Assembly: GCF_006345805.1 (NCBI RefSeq)
Contig: NC_043013.1
Location: 10,664,001 to 10,728,000, forward strand
Reading direction: 5' to 3'
DNA: 64,000 nucleotides
Source of the DNA: Octopus sinensis
Lineage: Eukaryota
Positions 1 through 11,845 of this stretch are shown one piece after another (the first letter of the stretch is position 1; the number at the start of each line of letters is the position of its first letter). Below the pieces are notes generated by a model. It saw nothing but the letters and a program-made list of their open reading frames with translations. It was not told the origin of the DNA and made no database searches. A program made the position numbers and the translations under genes.

Positions 1-155
1 TCAAATTCCGCCGAGGTCGACTTTGCCTTTCATCGTTTCGGGGTCGATAAATTAAGTACCAGTTACGCACTGGGGTCGATGTTATCGACTTAATCTATTT
101 GTCTGTTCTTGTTTGTCCTCTCTATGCTTAGCCCCTTGTGGGTAATAAAGAAACA
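1..155 (+). mobile_element. SINE family A, partial (cut by window start)
   Basis: TCAAATTCCGCCGAGGTCGACTTTGCCTTTCATC...GTGGGTAATAAAGAAA, shared with more than 10 other copies in the window. Confidence 0.85.
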
Positions 156-454
156 TTATCTATATATATAGAGAGAGAGATATTTAATATATATATATAT
201 ATATATATATATGTTCTATTCTAATTATATATATAATATTATATAAATATATATATAATATATATATATATATAGATATTACAATATATATATGTAATGT
301 ATATATGTAATGTAGCAATTTGCAACAACCAATAATTAACGCAACCAACTTCTACATGTTACTTTTGACAATCTTTTTCCAAAGAGTGAAACCGGTAAAG
401 TAAATAAATATCTTTTAAATTGCATTTTCAAACCTTCTTTCGTGTATATATATA

Positions 455-494
<40 letters not shown>

Positions 495-810
495 TCTTTT
501 ACTCTTTTATTTGCTTCAGTCATTTTTCTGCGGCCATGCTAGAGCACCGCCTTTAGTCGAGCAAATTAACCTCAAAACTCATTCTTTCTAAGCCTAGTAC
601 TTATTCTATCAGTCTCTTAGGAGATACGGGAACGTAAACACACTAACATCTGTTGGTCAACATACTCCACACGGACACACCACACATATCCATATAATAT
701 TTAAACTTATTTATTATATATGTATTATAATATACTATATATATATATATACATATTTGTATTATATATATAAATATAACATAATACAAATATATATATA
801 TATTATATAT

Positions 811-843
<33 letters not shown>

Positions 844-1169
844 TATATTATATATATATATATATAATATGATATAACTACATATCTAATAAAATATATA
901 TAATACAAATATATATATATATATATATCTAATTATCAATTTACTTTTACCTACTTTAAAAGCCAAAAGCTATAGCAACTTAAAATTTATTGCAGGCTGT
1001 GGGTAAGTTTTAAAACATGCACATGTGGTACTATTCTGTTGTCTACATTATCTCTTCGTCCAGAAGATCACCAAGGCAACAATATATGTGTATATTCCAT
1101 CTTTCATTTACTATATATATCTCACTAAGAAGCGGTGAATAGTACAGGATTTTTGCCTCGAGTCATATA

Positions 1170-1565
1170 TTTTTTCCTGCTCCAGGCACAAGGCCCAAAA
1201 TTTGGGAAGAGAGTGCCAGTCGATTAGATCGACCCCAGTACGCAACAGGTAATTAATTTATCAACCCCAAGAGGATGAAAGGCAAAGTCGACCTCGGCGG
1301 AATTTGAACTCAGAACGTAAAGTCAGACGAAATACCTATTTTTTACTACGCACAAGGGGATAAACACAGAGAGGACAAACAAGGACAGACAAACGGATTA
1401 AGTCGATTATATCGACCCTAGTGCGTAACTGGTACTTATTTAATCGACCCCGAATGGATGAAAGGCAAAGTCGACCTCGGCGGAATTTGAACTCAGAACA
1501 TAAAGACAGACGAAATACCACTAAGCATTTCGTCCGGCGTGCTAGCGATTCTGCCAGCTCGCCTC
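1170..1565 (-). mobile_element. SINE family A, dimeric form
   Basis: On -: tRNA-like head GGCGAGCTGGCAGAATCGCTAGC, B-box GAGTTCAAATTCC, core, tail-1, then GGTATTTCGTCTG, a second core and tail-2. Confidence 0.85.
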
Positions 1566-1772
1566 GAGTCAAATATAACATACTACAACAAATCATTGTT
1601 TACAGAGTCGGCGAAAATGGATTCTGGACCGTCTAGTTTGTGTTGGTAACTGAGGAAAGTGTCACGTAATTGGTGCATTTCCTATTATATATAATGCACG
1701 ACTGAAACGTACGTATTAAATTATTTCAATATACCGCGATTTGTTTCGATTTCCATATTACTACCTAAATAT

Positions 1773-1833
<61 letters not shown>

Positions 1834-3275
1834 GCCTCCTTAATACCTTTGTCCGTCTTTTTTCTCTCTTCTCCCTCTCTTTAATTCCTTTGCCCCTTTT
1901 TTCTCTCTGTTCTCTTCTCACGTGACCGCCGGTCAACTATAGCCTTTCGGCTTCTGACCAGTGCCATAACAACACCAATACTTTCGTCTGCCGTAAGGCA
2001 TTAATTTTCGAATACGCCAGCTAAGTTGAACTGTCTAAAGTCGAAAGACGACCGTTGTTTTTGTCCTGTTATTATTATTATTATTATTGTTTTTTGTATT
2101 TATATTCGTATTACTTTTTGTTTTTTTTGTATTTATATTCGTGTAACATCGTCCGTTTTTCTGTCCTTGTTTCGTATACATTCGATCCTTTTCCCAAGAA
2201 ATCTAATGCTCGTAGCTTAGGTTTTCCTTGGGGCTGGCCAGATCGGAGCAATCTCAAGATTAATCAGCCGAAATTGCTAGGATGATCCAGTTCTTGACTG
2301 AAGATTGAAGGCTTCGAATGTCCCGTCTGTGTTTTTTGTATCGTCTTCTAAATGTTTTATGTTCTTGTCCCAGTTTTCGAATGACCCGTCCGTTTTTTGT
2401 ATCGTCTATTTGAATGTTTTGCGTTCTTGTCCCATTTTGTATTTTTATATATATCTTTATACATACATATATATATATATATATCGATTTGTTTCACTTC
2501 TAAAATAGCTTCAGGGCAATGAATGTTTTGTCGGTGAATTCAATTGTTGAGAACACTGAAGAAACATTTTTATATACATATAATCTGCCTCAATGTGTGT
2601 GTATGTGTGTGTGTGTGTGTGCGGGCGTTCGCGTGTGTATGTATACATACACATACACACACACACATACACGCAATATATATATATATATATATAATAT
2701 ATATATATCTGTAGAGAGAGAGACAGGGAGAGAGAGAAAGAGAGAAAGAGAGAGAGAAATAGTCAGATGCAGATTGATAGAAAGAGGGAGAGAGATGTGT
2801 GTGTATCTTTATGTTTTGCTATATTCTGCACCCTTGCTTGACAACTGCTTTTGGTTGGCTTACTTCAACTCGATCTAGTGGTTCGACAAAAGGATCGACA
2901 TAATAATTACCATACTGAAAGAATGAGTACTAGTGTCCATTTCGTTGGCCCAAACCCTACAATGTAGGGTCACTGTATGGTCGTAGCCCAAATAAAGCTA
3001 TTTAACAGTCAGTTTAGGGATATCGTCATGAAAACTGCATCTTTACCTATTTTTAGAGTGGACCACAATACAACATATATTCGCTGATCTCACTCGTTTT
3101 TCATCTCGTATTGACATAGAGAAGAACTATTTTAAACGTTTTCCTATAATTTTCCGTTTGTATTTCTGTACACACACACACACACACGCATATAGACACA
3201 CCCACTAACACACAGCAATAACTGTGTCTCTTTATCCAACTAAAAATATACATATTTACATGCATATACATACAT

Positions 3276-3308
<33 letters not shown>

Positions 3309-3840
3309 ATATATTAATATATATATAATATATATATGTATATATTATAATATATTATATGTATATATACATATATAATCAGCCGAAATTGCTACGATGA
3401 TCCGGTTCTTGACTGAAGATTGAAGGCTTCGAAAGTCCCGTCCGTGTTTTTTGTATCGTCTTCTAAATGTTTTACGTTCTTGTCCCAGTTTATATTTTCT
3501 ACATAAAATAATATATATATATATATATATATACTGGATCCATTCTTGTTACTTATTTTTTGGTTATAATCACCCCACATAATTTTATGAGTAATACTAT
3601 AAAAAATTCTGGTGCATCTAAGTTAAGTACAATATTCATTTGAATCTAAATTGTTTTGCTGAATATATATATATATATTATATATATATTATATATATCG
3701 TTAGCAGCATTGTTGTGTGTGTGTGTGCTGCTAATTATTTATTTATAAACACAAAGCAATGCAAATAATTAAAAATATATACAATACAGTACAATGCTTT
3801 GCACTTTTAGTCTGTATTTTAATACATCAGGCTGAGCAAG

Positions 3841-4290
3841 ACGGCGAGCTTGTAGAAACTTTAGCATAACGGGCGAAATGCGTAGCCGTATTTTCGTCTG
3901 CCGTTACGTTCTGAGTTCAAATTCCGCCGAGGTCGACTTCGCCTTTCATCCTTTCGGGCTCGATAAATTAAGTACCATTTACGCACTGGCGTCGATATAA
4001 TCGACTTAATCCGTTTGTCTGTCCTTGTTTGTCCTCTCTGTGTTTATCCCCTTGTGAGTAGTAAAGAAATAGGTATTTTGTCTGCCGCTACGTTTTGAGT
4101 TCAAATTCCACCGAGGTCGACTTTGCCTTTCATCCTTTCGGGATTGATAAATTAAGTACCGCTTGTGCCTCAGTTCGAATTCCACCATAGTCGGAGTTGG
4201 TGGAATTCGATCCCCTACAGTTGAGATCGACGAAATCAGTACCACTTGAGCACTGGGGTCGGGTCAATGTAATCGATTTACAGCCTTCCC
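3841..4290 (+). mobile_element. SINE family A, dimeric form
   Basis: Head at 3843; tail-1 ends AAAGAAATA at 4070; the second unit starts GGTATTTTGTCTG at 4071. Confidence 0.85.
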
Positions 4291-4845
4291 GAAAGTGTTA
4301 CTCTTTTTCTTTTTAGGAACATTAATAAACGAGTGAAGAACATATTTAGTGCGTGTGGTTATTTGACAAAAAAAAAAAATAAAATAAAATAATGACCATT
4401 CCAGGATACAAAAATATTTTTCGACTCACGTTTTCACATCAGGAATCTTGCAACACAAATTGATAAACGTGTATGTATGTATGTATGTATGTATGTATGT
4501 ATGTATGTATTTATGTATGTATGTATGTATGTAGGCATGCATGTATATATGTATATATATATAAATATATATATGTGGTGTGTGTGCAGTGTGTGTGTGT
4601 GTGTATGTGTTCTGTATATATAATATATATATATATATAAATATATATTATATATATATGGTATTCAATATTTCTCTCTGATCTAACGACCCTCCATGTT
4701 TGTTTTCGTTCGGTTTCCTTGTACGTCTCTACTGTAAGTTTTTGTTCCCAGCTTTGACCCTCCATAACTCCTAAATTTTCCCAACTATCTTTGAAGACTC
4801 AAATTGTCGTTGAATGCTCGAAATGTATACATACACACACACACG

Positions 4846-4889
<44 letters not shown>

Positions 4890-5376
4890 ATATATGGCAC
4901 AGACTCATGCAAATACACATATATACTTATGGTACTGCAATCTCTTAACCTTACTAAGTGTGTATTTCTGAATATATATGGCTTTAGAGTGAGTTCGGTT
5001 TTTGCTTGGGTAAGTGTTGGTGATTATATGAGTCTGAGTGTATGCGTGTGTGTGTGTGTGTGTGTGCTTTTGTATGTGTGTGTATGTATGTATGGTTCTA
5101 TGTATGAGAGTGTTTGATATATGTGAACAGACGCATACATAACCACGCAGTCACACGCACACTCAGGCACACACATACACACACACTAACACATACACAC
5201 ACACTAACACATACACACACATATATGAAATAGTATAATACATGCTATCTTCTCCGTCCTATTTCAGCCCCGCGCACTATTCTCAGTACATCAGTTTGTA
5301 AGTCTGTCTATTGCTGCCTTCAATTCAATTTCTCAGAATAAACATTGTTATGCGCGGAACCGTGAGTATGTCTTTC

Positions 5377-5409
<33 letters not shown>

Positions 5410-6059
5410 GGGAAGGAAGAGCTATTTTCATCATCCTTGTGGCTATGGCGAAAGAATGTATCTGGTGGACGCGTCTGAAAGGATTGGAGACAAACACTTT
5501 CCTCTTCTGGTCAATCTCTCATCAACTTCTTCAAGTACCACTTGAAAAGGAAAGTGAGAGTAGAGAGGCAAGTTTGTCTAGCGAATGTTTTAAAAAAAGA
5601 TGGGTGAATGTAGCAAGAATGGCACGTATGAATGACGAAGCCACCTTGAGCATAGTCCTATGAACCCAGAAATCGAAACAGAGGTTGCTTATTTGCAAAA
5701 AAAAAAAAAAAAAAAAAAAGAAATATAAAATGTGACTTCATTGACCGAGGTTACCGTGGTCTTTTCCGCAGGCTTTTCTTTCCACGGGGTAAACCTCACC
5801 TGTCCTCCCCTTTACACTTCATATTGACATTTCTGTGATAACGATCCCTATTGATCATTTTTTTTCCTCTCCCCCCTTTTTTTTTTTTTTTTTTTTTTTA
5901 ACCCCCATTATTTTTGTCCTCTTTCTCTCCTTTTACGATCCCTTTTGATCGAACCTCCCCCTTCCTTTTTTTTTTTTTTTTTTTTAATACCTTAAAAGAA
6001 AAGCTCTACCTTGTAATTTGTTCTATCTGTGTGCAGCCCTGTTGGCTAATAAAGAAACA

Positions 6060-6098
<39 letters not shown>

Positions 6099-7978
6099 AA
6101 ATGTATGTATGAATATGTGTGTGTGCGTGTGTGCGTTGTGCGTGCATGCGTGTGTACGCGAGAGTGAGTGTGTGTGTATTCCTTTGTTTTAAAATTTATT
6201 GTACAAGATCTGAGTAGGGAAATCTTGTGCTGAACGAGTTGGTTTTAATCAGAGAAGATCTTGTTGCTAATTACTACACACGTGCTTGTTGTATTTTACT
6301 TCAGGCGTATTGTCAGTTAATTTGATATCTAGTTCCTTAATTACTTTAATGATTCATTAATTATTTTATCGTAATTCTCTCGTCATAGCCTGCGACCTTA
6401 TCGACGTTAATGTGCCCGTATGGCACATTCTTTATTGTACCATGACGAAGATTTTTTTTTAGATTCGCAAAAGCATATAAGAATGCATGTACTCTGTCTA
6501 TTTGTCTGTTTGTCTGTATGCCATTCTGTATGTATGTATGTATGTATGTATGTATTTATGTATGTGTTTGTGCCTATGTTTCTGTATATCTATTTGAAAC
6601 ATATGTGCAAGTATTTGTATCAATATATGTGCGCATTTTTATAGTAAATTCGCTTTTAACATTAGCAGTGGAGTTAGTGAGGAGTTTTTCCAGTATGGCT
6701 GGTATAATTTTTATTCGAGGTATTTCTTCGTATATTATAAAATAATAATATAATATATTATATTATAAAATAATATTCAAGCAACAGAATTATTATAAAG
6801 AGACGATGAAACAATTGTAGAATTATGCAATGCAATAAATTGCTCGCTTCATTCTCATTGTTAATGACAGTGTATATGCACTGTATATGCACTGCGGGAT
6901 TGCCACACCACCTATTTCCTCTCCGTATTATCAACAACATTCAATATAATGAGCCCTTTTTCCTTTCATTCTTTCTTTATACTTATACATTATATAATCC
7001 GTAAACTTAATGTCAGCAGCCATCTCCTAGTTTATGAAAAAAATTAAGAAATCTTTGTATAGAACTGTGCGCTTCACAGTTCCAGTGACGCAGTGTTTGG
7101 CTGTTGTGTGCATGCTCACATATCCGAGATAGGAAGCTTCACGCTAGAGAGAGAGAGTACCGTGCTTCACGCAGTGTCGGTAAAAGATAGTGTTTCTCTT
7201 TGACTGATAGTGTTGTTCTTCAAAACGTGTTTATATTCTTGAATGTGATAAAGTGTAGAATTAAACTATTATTCTGCTTCCAGCTTCTGTGTTGCTGTCT
7301 GGAATTGAAAATTAAGACAGATTCCCCCAACCTTACTTTGTGATTTAGTGGGGATTTTTGAAAGACAAGAGGGAATTCGTGGCGTTGTTCCTTGAACAAA
7401 TTAAACACACTACATGGCAGTGGCTGAAACTGTACCGATCAAGTTTATGTATAATTATTTTTATGTTTGTTTCCTCTTTCACAATATTAAAACAACGGCT
7501 GAAAATGTTCTGAAGCAGCACCCCAACTAATTTTATCTACGAGCCTCCACTGGTTAATGACTATACAAACTCTGAGGATATTTACTAATGTTCAGATGTA
7601 TCAACAGAAAAGCGATCCATTTAGGATGTATAATAGTATCCGTCATGTGGTGATACCATGGACAGGTTTTACACAGTAGGCTCAAGGTTAAACCCCTATG
7701 AAATTAGTATGGATTTATGTCTGTATATATATATATATATTCTTATTTTTACTCTGACTTATGTTTGAGTTCTTAACTGTAAGATGTTGGACACAGCAAC
7801 CTTAAAATTAATACCAACTTAAAAATATGTACGTGTGTGTTTTATGTATGTGTGTATGTATGCGTGTGTATGTGTGTGTGTGCGTACGTGTATGGTGTTA
7901 CGTATTCTATGAGTCTCTGTATACATGTACCTATGTTCTTTCGTCCTCATATATATATATATGCATGTAATGTAAATG

Positions 7979-8009
<31 letters not shown>

Positions 8010-8278
8010 GAGTATGGATATCTATCTATATATGTATATCCATATATGTGTATACATGTACATACGTTTAAAAAGAAAAAGAGAAAACACAACAAGAGCC
8101 AAACGGGCGCACACGGTGAACGAATTTGACGCTCAGAGAAAGTTTGAAAATAGAGAGGATGTGACGTTCAGAAGATGGCTCTTCGTCAGAAAGGCGAAAA
8201 AGGAAAAAGTCCAGAGAAAAAGAAAGGGAAGTTCTGTAAAAAGCACAACGTTGAAAATATGGCTGAAAAATAGCTGAC

Positions 8279-8326
<48 letters not shown>

Positions 8327-9069
8327 GATAGATTTATACATATATACATTCGTACATGCATACATATAAACATACTTACATACGGACATACATGCATACA
8401 TATCTACACATACATACATGCATACATATATACATACATACATACATACATACACACATACTTACGTACGTACGTACATGCATGCATACATACATACATA
8501 CATGCATACATACATACATACGAACGTACATGTTACTTGCACATGGAAAATTTGTAAGTTATTCCAAAAATTCTCCATGTGGAATTCCTATATGGATAGA
8601 TTGGTATATACACAATTATTATATACATCAACAGTCCAATCAACACACCACCTCAACCAGGTATGTAGAAATACCAGGATCTCTCCTAATTGAAAAAGTC
8701 TTGTTGCTTTGTTAGCTGCAATAGAGAAATACTTCCTGCAAGGTACACCAAACACTGAGATTGAAATTGGATGCCCGCGGTTACAAAGCAGATATGCCTG
8801 CAACTATGTGCTCTGTTTAACCGAAATAATCAGCCTCAGGCATACCAGGGGGTTAAGAAGCTCGATTAGTTACTACGTAGATTCGAGTTCGGTCCCACTG
8901 CACGGCACTTTGGTTACATGTTGTATATTATAGCACCGGGCCAGCCAATTCTTTGTGAGTGAATTTCAGAGACAGAAACTGTGTATTTTCCAGTCATTCG
9001 CCATGTTGGATTACTGAAATCGATACGTTCTTACTTTTTCATTCTCTCACTCTCTTTATTTTCTCTTGC

Positions 9070-9109
9070 ATCTTTGTGACGAAGAGCGTAAGCTCGAAAC
9101 GTAAAAGAT
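9070..9109 (+). ncRNA. Minimal type-I hammerhead-ribozyme-like motif (Penelope-associated; C3 mutated)
   Basis: ATCTTT-gTGACGA-A-GAGC(GTAA)GCTC-GAAAC-GTA-AAAGAT: stem I 6 bp, stem II 4 bp, palindromic ACGT stem III. Confidence 0.6.
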
Positions 9110-9189
9110 TTTTTCCATTTTTGCCGAGTGTTAAACTAATACACTTCCTTGTTATTCTACACCTGTCTTCGACTTTTTTCTATAAATTT

Positions 9190-9337
9190 GTGTGGTAAGT
9201 AGCTTGCTTACGAACAACATGGTTCCGGGTTCAGTCCCACTGCGTGGCACCTTTGGCAAGTGTCTTCTACTATAGCCTCGGACCAACCAAAGCCTTGTCA
9301 GTGGATTTGATAGACGGAAACTGAAAGAAGTCCGTCT

Positions 9338-9368
<31 letters not shown>

Positions 9369-9577
9369 TAGTGTTTCTGTGTTTGTTCCCCCAACATCGC
9401 TTGACAACCGATGCTGGTGTTTTCATGTCCCCGTAACTTAGCGGTTCGGAAAAAGAGACCGATAAAATAAGTACCAGGCTTACAAAGAATAAGTCCTGGT
9501 GTCGATTTGCTCGACTAAAGGTGGTGCTCCATCATGGCCGCAGTCAAATGACTAAAACAATTAAAAGAATAAAAGAA
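9190..9577 (+). mobile_element. SINE family B (tRNA head, CORE-like segment, internal (TA)n(TG)n, AAAAGAGT-type tail)
   Basis: TGTGTGGTAAGTAGCTTGC...GGTTCAGTCCC...GGCACCTTTGGCAAGTGTCTT...internal microsatellite...CAGTCAAATGACT...AAAAGAAT. Confidence 0.85.
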
Positions 9578-10392
9578 TATCTATCTATCTTTCTATCAAT
9601 CTAACAATCTAACAATCTATTTATCTATCTAGTTACACATACATACATACATACATACATACATACATACATACATACGTATGTATGTATATGTATATTT
9701 GTGTGTATGTCTGAGTGTGTTTGTTGACCTGCTTCCATTGCTTGATAAACGGTGTTGATTCGTTAGGGCAAAGAAACAGCCTGAAGAATTACCTAAGTTT
9801 TAAAAAATAAGTACTGTGGAATCTTCTAACATTTCTTCCAAATACTTGAATTTTTCTAAAATTTTAACCATATTATTCTTTAAAGAATGTTGTTTTGATG
9901 TACTTTTGCATGCTGACGACGAAATACGTATTTTATTTTTGTGGGTATCACTTATCAAACTAGCTGGCGTTAAAATAGAATCGCTTGTTCTTATAGAACA
10001 CCCACGTTTTATCTTTTCTTTATTTCTAGAAATTAATAACAAAAAAGATTCGGGCATTTAATGGTAGGTAATTTTAGCCAATCGAAGAAGTCCCTTGCCA
10101 GCATATCATAGGTCGGCATCGTTTGTCGTCATGGATATCAGCAAAGACAACGACGACGACACCTTTACATAGTGTCTCGAATTGCTTGAAACAACAGCCA
10201 AATCTTCTTTAAACTACAACACAGTATCTAAAAAGAAGATAAAAATAAAACAGAAAGAACGAAGTATTATTTGATGAAGTTGAATATTTGGGAACTTTTT
10301 TATTCGCAATTAACAGCAAACACGCATCACTGTTAATTTAGAACGACACAGTGGTACTCTAATTATGAATAAAAATAAATACTACTCCTAAC

Positions 10393-10833
10393 GGATCTTT
10401 TCGGTTTGAACGGCAGTTCTTTTCTAGCGGTGTCATATGAAATTGTCACCCATAATTATGACCCTAGTATCGATCTATTGCATTTCAATCTGTTTTAGAG
10501 TTAGTTAGAGTTAGGTAGGGTTAGAGTTAGGGGTGGGGGGAACGGTATCTTTTTTTCTTCGCAAATGTAAATAAACCCAATCTGTTTCTTAAACGAGGGA
10601 CATATTCATACGGCACAGAAGGTATTTTTTTACCTCAAGGGACGTCAGTGATTGGTTGAAATTGCAGAAATTGAAGAAAAAAAGCAACAAATATCTTACA
10701 AAATATAGAATTTTCTCAATAAAGCCAAGAGAAAAAGATGTTTTATAAACACATTCTACCAGTATACGAAGTTGAAAATTTTTTAGTTACCTAGAAATTA
10801 TGTTAAAAACTGCCGTTTAAACCGAAAAGACCC
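10393..10833. mobile_element. Non-autonomous DNA transposon, Merlin-like
   Basis: ~26-bp TIRs GGATCTTTTCGGTTTGAACGGCAGTT / AACTGCCGTTTAAACCGAAAAGACCC with an 8-bp TSD CTCCTAAC/CTCCCAAC. GG termini plus an 8-bp TSD fit Merlin/IS1016. Internal TTAGGG-like repeats. Confidence 0.75.
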
Positions 10834-11752
10834 CTCCCAACTACATTATATAAATGATTCGTCCTTTCTGGTTTTTAGACGTTGTAGTGTAGTTGGAAGA
10901 AGATTTGGCTGCTATTTCTAGCAGGGTGAGAATCTACATAAAAATTTCGTCTTCGTTGCCTGTGCTGATATCCATGACAACAGACAGTACCGACCTCGGA
11001 TATGTTGGCAGACGGAAGTCTTCCATTGGCTATAATTACATAAATTTAAATGCTTCTATCTTCTTTATTACCAATTTCTAGAGAGAGAAAATATGCGGTT
11101 TTCACCAATAGCAGGAAAGTAATCCGGTGATAATTTGAAAAAGCTTCAAATGGTTGGAATAAATTTAAAAAGTTCTGAACTGGGTTTGATTTGTTCAACA
11201 AATAAAATCCACCAAGACGGTACCCCAGGATTGTTGTAGTCCAATACTGAAGTAAGTACAAGGAAATAAAATTTTGTGTAAGGATGGTTCAGGCTTTGAT
11301 CATATCTCGGCTCGATCTGAGCTAAGCGAAGGTTGAACAACATCTACCTGTGCGGCTGCGTGGTATCTATAAGTTATGTATAGACTTGCACCACGAGATA
11401 ACGCCGCCGCTACCACCACTGTATTTTTCTTTTCAAAGGTAAAATCTAAAAGAGTGGTGGGAAGAGCAGGAAAGAATGAGATAAAGAGAAGGGTGAGAGA
11501 GAAAAAAAGTGAAAAAAAAAAAATATATATATATATATATGAGAAAGGGAGTGTTGACGGTGCAAGCAACACCTGCAAAATGTAAACCAGAAAAGGGGGG
11601 AGAGTGATAGAATTAGGGAGGGAGTTGACGGTGTGAGTGATTAAAGAGAAGAGGAGGAGAGGAGCAGTAGGAGAAGAGGAAGTGGGTTGGGTGAAAGTAG
11701 GGCGTGGACGAGATACAAGTAAAAAGAGTAGTAGTAGTAGTAGTAGTAGTAA

Positions 11753-11790
<38 letters not shown>

Positions 11791-11808
11791 AGAGCAAACG
11801 TAGTTTCA

Positions 11809-11845
<37 letters not shown>

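Noticed and set aside
2262-3490. CTGAAGA...CGAAA motif in the repeat at 2262-2375 and 3376-3490 as a hammerhead
   Set aside because: Could not build stem I or stem III; kept only as an unclassified dispersed repeat.
9800-10057. 85-aa ORF with KILEKFKYL as a LINE RT
   Set aside because: Only one short motif resembles RT domain 7; too weak to call.
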